Positions 16,127 through 25,283 are shown, counted from the first letter of the stretch. The stretch: 45,616 bases of DNA from an uncultured Anaerolineaceae bacterium (GCA_964586085.1 CAZPIR010000001.1:15676-61291), one strand, 5' to 3'. Made by a program: numbers and translations. Notes: generated by a model from the letters alone, not told the origin.

Positions 16127-16482
16127 AACGACGCCACCGCTTTGGCTACGTCGTCGTGAATTTCGACGAACGAATCAAACCCGGCAATTTTCAACACCTG
16201 TAAAATATTGGGCGGCGGACCAGCAAGCTTGACCGTGCGCGAGACCTTGCCCTTGTCCTCTGCGGTGCCAAACAATTTGATGATGGCAAGCACAACACGC
16301 AAGCCCGCGCTGGTCAATGATGTGACGCCGGACAAATCTACCAGCAAATAACGCGCGCCGATATCGTACACCTGCTGGGCGCGCGATTCCAACTGTTCCG
16401 CCGTGCCCAGGTTCAACAATCCTTGCACGCGAAAAATTGTGACTGGCACACGCGCCGTTTCCTGCGATACGAGAATGTCCAT
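16123..16482 (-). CDS. STAS-domain protein (anti-sigma-factor antagonist-like)
   Basis: GGAGGA RBS before the ATG at 16482. LLVDLSGVTSLTSAGLRVVL matches the STAS core. There is a 4-nt overlap with the ankyrin gene. The rest of the 424-aa ORF-track entry is an Arg-rich shadow frame. Confidence 0.85.
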   Translation of the reverse strand: MDILVSQETARVPVTIFRVQGLLNLGTAEQLESRAQQVYDIGARYLLVDLSGVTSLTSAGLRVVLAIIKLFGTAEDKGKVSRTVKLAGPPPNILQVLKIAGFDSFVEIHDDVAKAVASF

Positions 16483-16499
16483 GTTTTCCTCCTCGAAAA

Positions 16500-17435
16500 T
16501 TAATTGACCTGTTTGTTCCACTTGTCGAGTAATTCGCGCGTGACGCCCGCGCCGCCGCAAACGACTATCACAATCGGCGCGCGATTTTGCAGTGGCTCGG
16601 CGCGATGGTACGCCGCCGCCAACGCCGCGCCGCACGCCGGCTCGACGAGCACGCGATGATCGTCCGCGAATTGCAAACACGCCTCCACCGCCGCGCGGTC
16701 GTTCACAACCCAGGGTGTGACGGAATGTTCGCGCGTCCAATCGAACGCGCGTTGCGCGACCCGCCGCGCGCCCAAGGTCGTCGCCACCGTTGCGATGCGG
16801 TCGAGCGTGACGAGTTGACCGGCTTGCACTGATTTTGCAAACGATGCCGCGCCTTCCGTTTCGACTGCGAGCACCGGCACATCGTTCCAACCAACCTCGT
16901 GCATCCCTTGAAGCAGACCGCACAACAATCCGCCGCCGCCAACCGCGACGACGACGATCCCAGGTTTCACGCCGGCTTGCGCGATTTCGTGAACCATCGT
17001 TGCGTGTCCGCTCCACGCGCGCGGGTCGTCGAACGGATGAATGTATGCCGCGTGCGCGCGTTCGGCAAGCGCCATGGCGAATGTGTTCGAGTCGTCCCAC
17101 GCTTCGCCGTGCACAATCAATTCGGCGCCTTCGCCGCGAATCAATTCTTGCGAGCGCGGCGAAGTAGTTTGCGGCACCACAATCGTCGCGCGCATACCCA
17201 GCACGCGCCCGGCGTACGCGACAGCGTACCCGGCGTTGCCACCCGAGGCACACACAACGTGCGTCGCGCCTGCGTTGCGCGCCGCTTGACACGCCGCGCC
17301 CATCCCGCGCGATTTGAACGAGCCAGCCGGTTGAAACGATTCCATTTTCAAAAATACAGGCACACCCAGAATCGAACTGAGCGGACGCGATTCCCACAGC
17401 GGCGTCGCGTTGTACAGACTAGGATCCATCATCAT
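16500..17435 (-). CDS. PLP-dependent L-serine/L-threonine dehydratase (Trp-synthase beta fold, no regulatory ACT-like domain)
   Basis: PLP-lysine motif ESFQPAGSFKSRG, plus SGGNAGYAVA and GGGGL loops. Three consecutive ATGs (17435-17427) leave the exact start ambiguous. Confidence 0.88.
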   Translation of the reverse strand: MMMDPSLYNATPLWESRPLSSILGVPVFLKMESFQPAGSFKSRGMGAACQAARNAGATHVVCASGGNAGYAVAYAGRVLGMRATIVVPQTTSPRSQELIRGEGAELIVHGEAWDDSNTFAMALAERAHAAYIHPFDDPRAWSGHATMVHEIAQAGVKPGIVVVAVGGGGLLCGLLQGMHEVGWNDVPVLAVETEGAASFAKSVQAGQLVTLDRIATVATTLGARRVAQRAFDWTREHSVTPWVVNDRAAVEACLQFADDHRVLVEPACGAALAAAYHRAEPLQNRAPIVIVVCGGAGVTRELLDKWNKQVN

Positions 17436-17455
17436 CCTTGCTTTGATAGCTTGCG

Positions 17456-17487
17456 AAAATAAAAAAGGCAGATGTGATTTTCTGCCT
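17456..17487 (-). terminator. Intrinsic terminator inside the 5' leader of the dehydratase operon (candidate attenuator)
   Basis: The minus-strand RNA reads AGGCAGA-aaaucaca-UCUGCCU followed by UUUUUAUUUU. It sits about 20 nt upstream of the ATG and downstream of a consensus promoter. Confidence 0.7.
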
Positions 17488-17573
17488 CGGCAATCTCGAT
17501 TATCTTGTGCTCGACCATCATCAGCGAACCTTTAGCCGTGTTAGCACGGAAAATAAATTCATCGGACGACTGG

Positions 17574-17601
17574 ATTATACCGGACGGCTAGCGAGTGTCA
17601 A
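17574..17601 (-). promoter_or_regulatory. Consensus sigma70 promoter for the dehydratase-STAS-ankyrin operon
   Basis: Minus strand: TTGACA (17601-17596), 16-nt spacer, TATAAT (17579-17574). Confidence 0.8.
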
Positions 17602-17733
17602 GAGGGCAAGCGCTTGGCGCACGAGAGAAGTCGTAATTCATATCATCGTTTAATGCGACGCCGGAATAATTTTGGGTATAATCCAAATGTGAACAAACTT
17701 TCTAATCGCAAAACCAAAATGCGTTGTGCGCTA

Positions 17734-17976
17734 ATGACCAACCCGCGCAAACGCATCGCGGCGAATAAACTCGCCGCGTCGGTCCAAGATACCTTGCCGC
17801 CCGGTCTCAGCCAGCCGGCATTGCGCGCGTTCGCCTCGGCTGGTTACGCGCGGCTCGAACAATTCACGCGTATCCGGGAAACCGATCTTTTGAAATTACA
17901 TGGCGTAGGTCCTCAGGCAATTCGGGTTTTGCGTGAGGCACTGCGCGAACAAGGCAAATCGTTCAAGGAGAAATAA
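17734..17976 (+). CDS. Small helix-hairpin-helix-like DNA-binding protein
   Basis: DLLKLHGVGPQAIRVLREAL resembles an HhH motif. Candidate starts are the ATGs at 17734 and 17719. A TATAAT box at 17677-17682 lies upstream. Confidence 0.5.
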   Translation: MTNPRKRIAANKLAASVQDTLPPGLSQPALRAFASAGYARLEQFTRIRETDLLKLHGVGPQAIRVLREALREQGKSFKEK

Positions 17977-17977
17977 G

Positions 17978-18466
17978 ATGCAAAAAATTATGCCGTGTTT
18001 GTGGTTCGACACTCAAGCCGAACAAGCGGTGAATTTCTATACGTCGCTGTTCAACCATTCCAAAATCCTGGATGTCACACGGTATGACGAAACAAGCGCC
18101 CAAGTTGCCCAAATGCCAGCCGGCACCGTCATGACCATAACGTTTCAAATCGAAGGCCAGGATTACATGGCGTTGAATGGCGGACCGGCTTTTAAATTCA
18201 CCGAAGCGGTTTCGTTCATCGTGAACTGCGAGTCGCAGGCAGAAGTGGATCGCTTGTGGAATGCGCTCATCGCCAATGGCGGTGAGGAATCCCAGTGCGG
18301 TTGGCTCAAAGACAAGTACGGTTTATCATGGCAAATCGTGCCGACAGCGTTGGATAGATTGATGACGAGCGGCACGCCGGCGCAAGCGCAAAGAGTAATG
18401 GCGGCAATGCTCCAAATGAAAAAACTTGACCTCGCCAAACTTGAGCAAGCATACAACCAAGCGTAA
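17978..18466 (+). CDS. VOC-superfamily protein, PhnB-like / 3-demethylubiquinone-9 3-methyltransferase-domain type
   Basis: AAGGAG RBS. The N-terminus MQKIMPCLWFDTQAEQAVNFYTSLF and the later CGWLKDKYGLSWQIVP are typical of this family. Confidence 0.8.
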   Translation: MQKIMPCLWFDTQAEQAVNFYTSLFNHSKILDVTRYDETSAQVAQMPAGTVMTITFQIEGQDYMALNGGPAFKFTEAVSFIVNCESQAEVDRLWNALIANGGEESQCGWLKDKYGLSWQIVPTALDRLMTSGTPAQAQRVMAAMLQMKKLDLAKLEQAYNQA

Positions 18467-18470
18467 ACAC

Positions 18471-18512
18471 CTACACCCGTTCTTGCACGAGAACGGGTGT
18501 AGCGTTTTTTTT
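18471..18512 (+). terminator. Intrinsic terminator
   Basis: CTACACCCGTTC / GAACGGGTGTAG stem followed by eight Ts. Confidence 0.85.
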
Positions 18513-18546
18513 GCGCGATGATGCAAGTTTCGTTATTTCCGAATCA

Positions 18547-18555
18547 TGTTATAAT
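18547..18555 (+). promoter_or_regulatory. Extended -10 promoter element (TGtTATAAT) upstream of xylB
   Basis: TGTTATAAT lies 35 nt upstream of the GGAGGAG RBS and the ATG at 18590. Confidence 0.6.
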
Positions 18556-18589
18556 TTGCCCCATCGTACACCTCAACTTGGAGGAGACC

Positions 18590-20101
18590 ATGCCGAACTT
18601 GATGTTGGGCATTGATGTTTCGACGACGGCGACGAAAGCGTTGTTGATGGACGAACACGGCAGAGTAATCGCCGTCGCCGCGACCGAGTATCCGTTTGAA
18701 ACGCCGCATCCATTATGGAGCGAGCAAGACGCGGCGCTGTTTTGGAATGGCACGGTGCAAAGCATTCGCCAGGTCATCGCACAGGCAAACGTGAACGCGC
18801 GCGAGATTGTGGCGGTCGGCTTGACCGGGCAAATGCACGGCGCGACCTTGCTCGACGCACACGGCGAACCACTGCGCCCGTGCATTTTGTGGAACGACCA
18901 GCGCACCGCGAAACAATGCGCGGACATTACCGAGCGTGTCGGCGCGGAACGTGTTTTGCAATTGACCGGCAATCCGGTACTCACCGGCTTTACCGCGCCA
19001 AAAATTTTGTGGGTGCGCGAGAATGAACCGGAATTATATTCCCAAGTCGCGCACATTTTATTGCCGAAAGATTACGCCCGTTACAAACTCACCGGGGAAT
19101 TTTTTAGCGACGTGTCCGATTCGTCCGGCACGAGTCTGTTCGATGTGGGCAATCGCGCGTGGTCGGATGAAATGTTGCGCGCGCTCGACATTCCGCGCGC
19201 GTGGATGCCCCAAGTAACCGAGTCGCCGGTCGTCAGCGCGCGCATCAACGCAGACGCCGCGCACGCGACCGGACTGCTTGAAGGCACGCCGGTTGTTGGC
19301 GGTGCCGGCGACCAAGCCGCCGGCGCAATCGGCATGGGCATCGTGCGCGCAGGTTTGGTGTCGGTCACCCTCGGCACATCGGGCGTCGTGTTCGCGCCGA
19401 GTGACGCGTATCGTGTCGAACCGCGCGGACGCTTGCATGCGTTCTGCCACGCTGTTCCCGGCAAATGGCATTTGATGGGCGTGATGCTTTCGGCGGCAGG
19501 CAGTTTTCGTTGGTACCGCGATGCGCTCGGCGCGCACGAAAAAGCAATCGCGCAACAAACCGGCGCAGATGTCTATGATGTGTTGACACGCGACGCGGCA
19601 ACCGCACCCGCCGGTTCTGAAGAATTATTTTTCTTGCCGTATCTCACCGGTGAACGCACGCCGCATCCCGACCCGAATGCGCGCGGCGCATTCATCGGCT
19701 TGACAGTGCGGCACAATAAAGCGCATCTCACACGCGCGGTGCTCGAAGGTGTAAGTTATGGTTTGCGCGATTCGTTCGAACTGATGCGCGAGTTGGGTGT
19801 ATCCGCAACCCAGGTTCGCGCGTCGGGTGGCGGCGCGCGCAGTCCGTTGTGGCGCCAAATTCTCGCCGATGTGTTCGACACGGAAATTGCAACCGTGAAC
19901 GTTAGCGAGGGCGCGGCGTTCGGCGCGGCATTGCTCGCCGGTGTGGGCGCCGGGGTTTATGCCAGTGTTGAATCGGCGTGCCAATCTATCGTCGCCATCA
20001 CCGGCACCACCGAACCAGGTTTTGCCAAATCAGTGTACGCCAAAAATTATCCGCGCTATCGCGCGTTGTACCCCGCACTCAAAAATCATTTTCAAGGATA
20101 A
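18590..20101 (+). CDS. xylB: Xylulokinase (FGGY carbohydrate kinase)
   Basis: N-terminal LGIDVSTTATKALL. GLTGQMHGATLLD and SGGGARSPLWRQILADVF are FGGY/XylB signatures. The start is set at MPNLML. Confidence 0.88.
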   Translation: MPNLMLGIDVSTTATKALLMDEHGRVIAVAATEYPFETPHPLWSEQDAALFWNGTVQSIRQVIAQANVNAREIVAVGLTGQMHGATLLDAHGEPLRPCILWNDQRTAKQCADITERVGAERVLQLTGNPVLTGFTAPKILWVRENEPELYSQVAHILLPKDYARYKLTGEFFSDVSDSSGTSLFDVGNRAWSDEMLRALDIPRAWMPQVTESPVVSARINADAAHATGLLEGTPVVGGAGDQAAGAIGMGIVRAGLVSVTLGTSGVVFAPSDAYRVEPRGRLHAFCHAVPGKWHLMGVMLSAAGSFRWYRDALGAHEKAIAQQTGADVYDVLTRDAATAPAGSEELFFLPYLTGERTPHPDPNARGAFIGLTVRHNKAHLTRAVLEGVSYGLRDSFELMRELGVSATQVRASGGGARSPLWRQILADVFDTEIATVNVSEGAAFGAALLAGVGAGVYASVESACQSIVAITGTTEPGFAKSVYAKNYPRYRALYPALKNHFQG

Positions 20102-20105
20102 ACAA

Positions 20106-20927
20106 ATGAGTCTTCAGTTTGCCCAGTCGTCGTTCGTGTACTTTAATTATTCCCTGCAAGATGCCATTCGGCGTTTGCACGAGTTTGGTTATCAAGGCAT
20201 CGAAGTTTGGGGCGGGCGACCGCACATGTACCGCCACGACCTCGACAATGAAATTCCAGAGATTGCGAGTCTGCTCGCACGGTCGAACATGGTCGTCGCC
20301 AATTTTATTCCGGCGCAATTTCGCTACCCCTCGATTCTGTGTTCGCTGAACGAAGCCGTGCGCCAAGATTCGGTCGCGTACATCAAGAGCGCGATTGACA
20401 ATGCTCTACGGCTCGGTTCGCCCTCCGTGAGCGTGTGTCCGGGGATGACCTTGGAAGGCGAGCCACTTGAAAAAGGTTGGGCGCAACTCAAGCAAAGCAT
20501 CATCGAAGTGCTCGATTACAGCGACAAGACCGCATTGAAAATTTTGATCGAGCCCGCGCACCAATGGGAGACGACCTTGATTCGCACGGTAAGCGAGGGC
20601 TTGCAAATGATCGACGAAATCAAATCAGAACGTTTGGGGATTTGTTTCGACACTGGACACGCCCACGTCAACGGTGAAGATTTTGTCCAGGTCGTCGAGC
20701 AGATGAAACGTGTGCCATTTCACATTCACATTGACGACAATGACGGCACGAGCGATTCACATCACATGCCCGGTGCGGGCAAAATTGATTTCGCGCCATT
20801 CGCGTCCGCGTTGCACGCAAGCGGCTATGCCGGTTTCGTTTCGGCAGAATTGGGATTTCAGTACACGCTCAACCCAGACTCGGCGGTGCGCCGCACATTC
20901 GTGGTGTTGAACACCATGTTCAGTTAA
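20106..20927 (+). CDS. Sugar phosphate isomerase/epimerase (xylose-isomerase-like TIM barrel)
   Basis: It starts 5 nt after xylB. GYQGIEVWG, ILIEP and CFDTGHAH match the metal-ligand pattern of the family. Confidence 0.8.
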   Translation: MSLQFAQSSFVYFNYSLQDAIRRLHEFGYQGIEVWGGRPHMYRHDLDNEIPEIASLLARSNMVVANFIPAQFRYPSILCSLNEAVRQDSVAYIKSAIDNALRLGSPSVSVCPGMTLEGEPLEKGWAQLKQSIIEVLDYSDKTALKILIEPAHQWETTLIRTVSEGLQMIDEIKSERLGICFDTGHAHVNGEDFVQVVEQMKRVPFHIHIDDNDGTSDSHHMPGAGKIDFAPFASALHASGYAGFVSAELGFQYTLNPDSAVRRTFVVLNTMFS

Positions 20928-20996
20928 ACAACTTGAATTTGCATTCCAGGCAAAGCCACGAGTCTCCCAACTGATGTAGGGTTTCTCGTCGCGAAT

Positions 20997-21036
20997 AAAA
21001 AAACACGGCGAGCCATTTTGGTTCGCCGTGTTTTTG
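20997..21036. terminator. Bidirectional intrinsic terminator
   Basis: ACACGGCGA / TCGCCGTGT stem with an A7 run upstream and a T5 run downstream, between convergent genes. Confidence 0.8.
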
Positions 21037-22308
21037 TTATCTTGAGATTTGATGGAACGATTTCATCGCTTGCCGTTCGACCAACTCACCGTACACTTCT
21101 TCGATGCGGCTGGCGATGCTCGTCCACGCGTACTCGTGCGCCACCTCGACGCCGCGTTTGCCAAGCCGCGTGCGCAAGTCCGGCTCGCACAACAAATGCT
21201 CCAGCGTGTCCGCAAGCGCGCGCGGATCGCCTTCGGGTACGAGCATCCCGGTCTCGCCGTCGCGCACGACGAACGACAAGCCACCCACATCGGATGCTAC
21301 AACCGGCGTGCCGCACGCCATCGCTTCGAGCGCGACCATGCCAAATGATTCGTACAGCGAGGGCATCACCACAATGTCTGCCGCTGAATAATAGTACGGC
21401 AATTCATCCTGCGACCGTTTGCCCAAAAAGTTGACACTGTCTTCCAGCCCCAACGAGTTTCGCAACTCGACCAAGCGCGCGGTCTCGGCATCGAGCGGCG
21501 CTTCTTCGTCCACGTCGCCGCCGATGATGCACACACACAATTTGCCACGCAGTTCCGGTTTCTCCTCCAGCACAAGTGCCATCGCGCGAAACCAAATATC
21601 GAGTCCCTTGATCGGGTCAATGCGTCCAACGAACAAGACCATGTGATGATCGTCCGGCGAGCCAATGTGCGCTTTGGCTTCCGAGCGTTCGACCGGGCGA
21701 AACAGGCGCGTGTCTACCCCAGGTGGAATGACGCAAATATTTTGCGGCGGCGCATCGTACAACTCGATCATGTGCTCGCGGTCGCGCGGTGTGGCGGCGA
21801 TAAGACAATCTACAAACTGCATCATCTCACGTTCGATTTCGATGCGGCGCTCCGTCTCGCGATCGTACTCGCGACGCGCAACCTTGTTCTTCATTGCACC
21901 CAGCGTGTGAAACATTTGCACGACCGGCGCGGGCTGGAACTTTTGCATTTCGCGCGCAACCCAACCCGACAACCAATAATGCGAGTGATACACATCGTAG
22001 CGAATATCTTCGATCTCAGCAACATGTTGCACGCCTCGCGTGAATTGTGGCAGGTAATCGAACAGGCGATGTTTGTTGTACGGCGCTTCGGGTCCCGCCG
22101 GCACGTGAAACACGCGCGCGCCGATTTCGAGACCGGGCACTTCGTGCGGCACGGCGGGGTCTTGCGAACGCGTGAAAATATCCACGCAATGTCCGCGTTC
22201 AGCCAGTTCGCGCGACAGTTCGCGCACATACACATTCATGCCACCGGTCTCTTTGCCGCCAAGCGCGGCAAGCGGACATGTGTGGACACTCAACATAGCA
22301 ATATTCAT
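21037..22308 (-). CDS. GT4-family glycosyltransferase (MshA/BshA-like retaining GT-B)
   Basis: AAGGAAG RBS and an ATG at 22308 (MNIAMLSV). GGKETGGMNVYVRELSRELA, and the C-terminal ESFGMVALEAMACGTPVVASDVGG. Confidence 0.85.
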   Translation of the reverse strand: MNIAMLSVHTCPLAALGGKETGGMNVYVRELSRELAERGHCVDIFTRSQDPAVPHEVPGLEIGARVFHVPAGPEAPYNKHRLFDYLPQFTRGVQHVAEIEDIRYDVYHSHYWLSGWVAREMQKFQPAPVVQMFHTLGAMKNKVARREYDRETERRIEIEREMMQFVDCLIAATPRDREHMIELYDAPPQNICVIPPGVDTRLFRPVERSEAKAHIGSPDDHHMVLFVGRIDPIKGLDIWFRAMALVLEEKPELRGKLCVCIIGGDVDEEAPLDAETARLVELRNSLGLEDSVNFLGKRSQDELPYYYSAADIVVMPSLYESFGMVALEAMACGTPVVASDVGGLSFVVRDGETGMLVPEGDPRALADTLEHLLCEPDLRTRLGKRGVEVAHEYAWTSIASRIEEVYGELVERQAMKSFHQISR

Positions 22309-22460
22309 TTGCTTCCTTGAACACACAAATTAAAAGGCAACAGGAAAATTATAGCACACTTGCAACGAACAACAAAAAACGCGCATCGTGAGGACACACG
22401 GGCATTGGCAAAGGCTTGTCTAAGCTTGCACTCGCGTCGCATTTGGCTATACTAGCGGCG

Positions 22461-23540
22461 ATGAATGACACACACCGCATCGCCCTCGCCGCGAGTTGGC
22501 TTAACCAGTACGGCGGCGCAGAACGCGTTCTCGAAGTGACGCACGATTTATTTCCAAGCGCACCGGTTTTTACTTCGACGTACTGGCAACAAGCCATGCC
22601 GGCATCGTATCGCACCTGGGATATTCGCACGACCTTTCTCAGCCGGATTCCGCTCGCGAACCAACGTTTCCTTTTACCGCTTTATCCTGCCGCATTCGAA
22701 TCGCTCGACCTGACCGGTTACGACACACTCGTTAGCATCACGAGCGCATTCGCACACGGGATCAAGATGCCACCGGGGGCGCGCCACATTTGCTACTGTC
22801 TCACCCCCGCACGATTTTTGTGGAGCTATGCCGATTACGTCGAACGCGAACGCATCGGGCGTTTGCCACGTTTGATTTTGCCGTTGATGATTTCCGGTTT
22901 ACGCGAGTGGGATCGCCGCGCGGCGGATCGCGTGACGCACTTTGTCGCCATCTCCGAAATCGTGCGCGAGCGCATTAAAAAATATTATCAACGCGAGTCG
23001 GTCATCATTCACCCGCCCGTGGATGTCGAACGCTTTGCCGTTTCACGCGAGCGCGACGATTACTTTTTGATCTTGTCGCGGCTCGTGCCGTACAAACGCA
23101 TTGACCTCGCCGTGCAGGCATGCGGCAAACTGGGTGTGCCGCTCGTCGTCGCGGGTGATGGACGCGACCGCGCGCGTCTCGAAGCGATGGCAAAGTCGAA
23201 CGTGCGTTTTGTCGGGCGCGTGTCCGACACCGCGGCGCGTGATTTGCTTGCGCGTTGTCGCGCATTTCTGTTTCCGGGCGAAGAAGATTTCGGCATCACG
23301 CCACTCGAAGCGAGCGCGTGCGGCAAGCCGGTGATTGCGTTTGGCGGCGGCGGCGCGTTGGAGACGATCATTCCCGGCGTGACCGGCGAATTATTCCGCG
23401 AACCAACGGTCGCCTCGTTGACCGAGGTAATGCGCGCGTTCGATGATCGCCGCTACGATGCGCCGACAATGCGTCAGCACGCAGAAAAATTCAGCACCCA
23501 GGTTTTCAAAACCAAATTGCTCGAATTGGTGAATAGTTGA
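22461..23540 (+). CDS. GT4-family glycosyltransferase
   Basis: EDFGITPLEASACGKPVIAFGGGGALE (the E-x7-E region). It is divergent from the other GT4 gene. The start is set at the ATG at 22461. Confidence 0.82.
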   Translation: MNDTHRIALAASWLNQYGGAERVLEVTHDLFPSAPVFTSTYWQQAMPASYRTWDIRTTFLSRIPLANQRFLLPLYPAAFESLDLTGYDTLVSITSAFAHGIKMPPGARHICYCLTPARFLWSYADYVERERIGRLPRLILPLMISGLREWDRRAADRVTHFVAISEIVRERIKKYYQRESVIIHPPVDVERFAVSRERDDYFLILSRLVPYKRIDLAVQACGKLGVPLVVAGDGRDRARLEAMAKSNVRFVGRVSDTAARDLLARCRAFLFPGEEDFGITPLEASACGKPVIAFGGGGALETIIPGVTGELFREPTVASLTEVMRAFDDRRYDAPTMRQHAEKFSTQVFKTKLLELVNS

Positions 23541-23555
23541 CGATGAATAAAAATA

Positions 23556-23590
23556 ACCGGCGAGGAGGAATCTCCTCGCCGGTCTTTTAT
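23556..23590. terminator. Bidirectional intrinsic terminator
   Basis: ACCGGCGAGGAG / CTCCTCGCCGGT 12-bp stem with a GAAT loop, followed by CTTTTATT. Confidence 0.85.
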
Positions 23591-23603
23591 TGGCTATTCA
23601 GTT

Positions 23604-24158
23604 TTAGCGTGACCAGGGGCGTCCGAACGATGGAGCGCTTTGACCGGTCAAGTTGCCCGCCAACGCATTTTGAAAAGCGGGCAAATGTTTGGTTTGCGAT
23701 GCAGCGCTCAGTTGTTCAAAGACGGCGCGGATGTCAGGCTGTTCAACGAAAGACAGTGTATCGTACACTCCCACGTTGGCGATTTCTGCGTCCACACCGG
23801 CTTGCAGTGCTTCGGTCAACGTAGCAGGCGCTTGGATGTTGCCTGTGTACGGATTCGCCGGAATCGGCACCCCATAGCGCGTCATCAAAGTTTGAAGCGC
23901 TTGAATGTGCGACGCTTCCGAGTTGAGAATGTTGGTGAACGGTGCCACAGGACCAAACTTGGCGATGACGGCAGAATAAAACGCGTACGCGTGATACTCA
24001 TCTTTCAGCGCCGTCTCCAGCGCCAGCGTGGTGGGATAATCGAGTGTGGTCGCCGGGATGGCGGGTGCGGCCGGACCTTGCGCCGAGGCGCTCATTGCGA
24101 AACTGGTCAATGCGATCAACGCAATCGCGAGGCTTGCCAAAATTTTTAGGGTTTTCAT
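23604..24158 (-). CDS. Secreted ferritin-like (DUF2202-like) protein
   Basis: Signal peptide MKTLKILASLAIALIALTSFAMSASA. EYHAYAFY and NSEASHIQAL resemble ferritin-like metal-ligand helices. Confidence 0.55.
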   Translation of the reverse strand: MKTLKILASLAIALIALTSFAMSASAQGPAAPAIPATTLDYPTTLALETALKDEYHAYAFYSAVIAKFGPVAPFTNILNSEASHIQALQTLMTRYGVPIPANPYTGNIQAPATLTEALQAGVDAEIANVGVYDTLSFVEQPDIRAVFEQLSAASQTKHLPAFQNALAGNLTGQSAPSFGRPWSR

Positions 24159-24324
24159 TTTAATTTTCTCCTTGGAGGGCGATCTGCCCTGACTGACTTA
24201 TGGTCACAGCATACCAAATGCGTGTGGATGATTCGTGGAAGGCATGTGTAGATTTTGTAACCGATCCAAAATATTCGATTTGCTCTTTGTTATGGTCTGA
24301 TATATAATGCGCCCCGACTTGTCA

Positions 24325-24412
24325 CGCCCCTCGATTCGATGGCACGTGCCGCATACGCGGTCGTCATTGAAAAAGACAGGGGCGGAAGCCATCGCCTAGT
24401 CTGCTCAGACTA
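24325..24412 (+). promoter_or_regulatory. Structured rpsB 5' leader (possible pseudoknot plus a palindrome)
   Basis: CGCCCCT (24325-31) pairs with AGGGGCG (24378-84). CGATGGC (24337-43) pairs with GCCATCG (24388-94). The two pairings are interleaved. The near-palindrome TAGTCTGCTCAGACTA is at 24397-24412, and a TATAAT box at 24303-24308 lies upstream. Confidence 0.35.
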
Positions 24413-24450
24413 AAATCAAACCGATGGAACAAATACACAAGGAGAAGCAC

Positions 24451-25281
24451 GTGGCTGTTTTACCTATGAAGTCCCTGCTCGAAGCAGGCGTCCACTTTGG
24501 GCATCGCACCCGCCGGTGGAATCCTCGGATGCGCCAGTTCATCTTCACCGAACGCAACGGCATCCACATCATTGACCTCCAACAAACGATGGTCAAACTC
24601 GAAGAGGCGTACAACGCCGTGCGCGACATTGTCGCCGATGGCGGCACAATCCTCTTCGTCGGCACGAAACGCCAAGCGCAAGAAACCGTTGCCGCGGAAG
24701 CGCAACGTTGCGGTATGCCGTTCGTCAGCGAACGCTGGCTCGGCGGCACGCTCACCAACTTTCGCACGATTCGTAGCCGCATTGATTACCTGGTCAAACT
24801 CGAAGAACGCCAAGCGACCGGCGACCTCGACAAGTTGATCAAAAAAGAAGCGCTCTTGCTCACACGCGAAATGCAAAAACTGCAAACCCGCGTGGGTGGC
24901 TTGAAAGAAATGCGCCGCTTGCCCAAGGCGTTGTTCATCGTGGACACGAAACACGAAGAGAACGCGATTCACGAAGCGACCGTGCTCGGTATTCCCATCA
25001 TCGCCATGTGCGACACGAATTCCGATCCCGCGCCCATCGCGCACCCAATTCCCTCGAATGACGACGCCATTCGCGCAATCAAACTCTTGACCGGGAAAAT
25101 GGCGGATGCCGTGATCGAAGGCAAGAACATTCGCGGCGTCCTCGCGTCCGAAGCCGCCGAAGATGGCGCACCCGTCGCGATGGAAATGACCGATGCCGAT
25201 TTGCCGCCACTCGATGTTGCGGTGTTGCAAGATAGCGACGACGTCGTGATCGAAGAAGTTAGCGAAGACGGAACCAAGTAA
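24451..25281 (+). CDS. rpsB: 30S ribosomal protein S2
   Basis: AAGGAG RBS, 6 nt, then a GTG at 24451. [18 protein letters not shown] is the S2 signature. Confidence 0.97.
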   Translation: MAVLPMKSLLEAGVHFGHRTRRWNPRMRQFIFTERNGIHIIDLQQTMVKLEEAYNAVRDIVADGGTILFVGTKRQAQETVAAEAQRCGMPFVSERWLGGTLTNFRTIRSRIDYLVKLEERQATGDLDKLIKKEALLLTREMQKLQTRVGGLKEMRRLPKALFIVDTKHEENAIHEATVLGIPIIAMCDTNSDPAPIAHPIPSNDDAIRAIKLLTGKMADAVIEGKNIRGVLASEAAEDGAPVAMEMTDADLPPLDVAVLQDSDDVVIEEVSEDGTK

Positions 25282-25283
25282 TT

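Noticed and set aside
16483-17397. Upstream 300 codons of the 424-aa ORF that ends as the STAS protein
   Set aside because: This part overlaps the PLP-dehydratase gene in another frame and is extremely Arg-rich. A GGAGGA RBS and the ATG at 16482 define the real 119-aa STAS gene.
24204-24392. 62-aa minus-strand ORF in the rpsB upstream region
   Set aside because: It has no RBS and lies across the predicted rpsB promoter and structured leader. Its composition is not protein-like.
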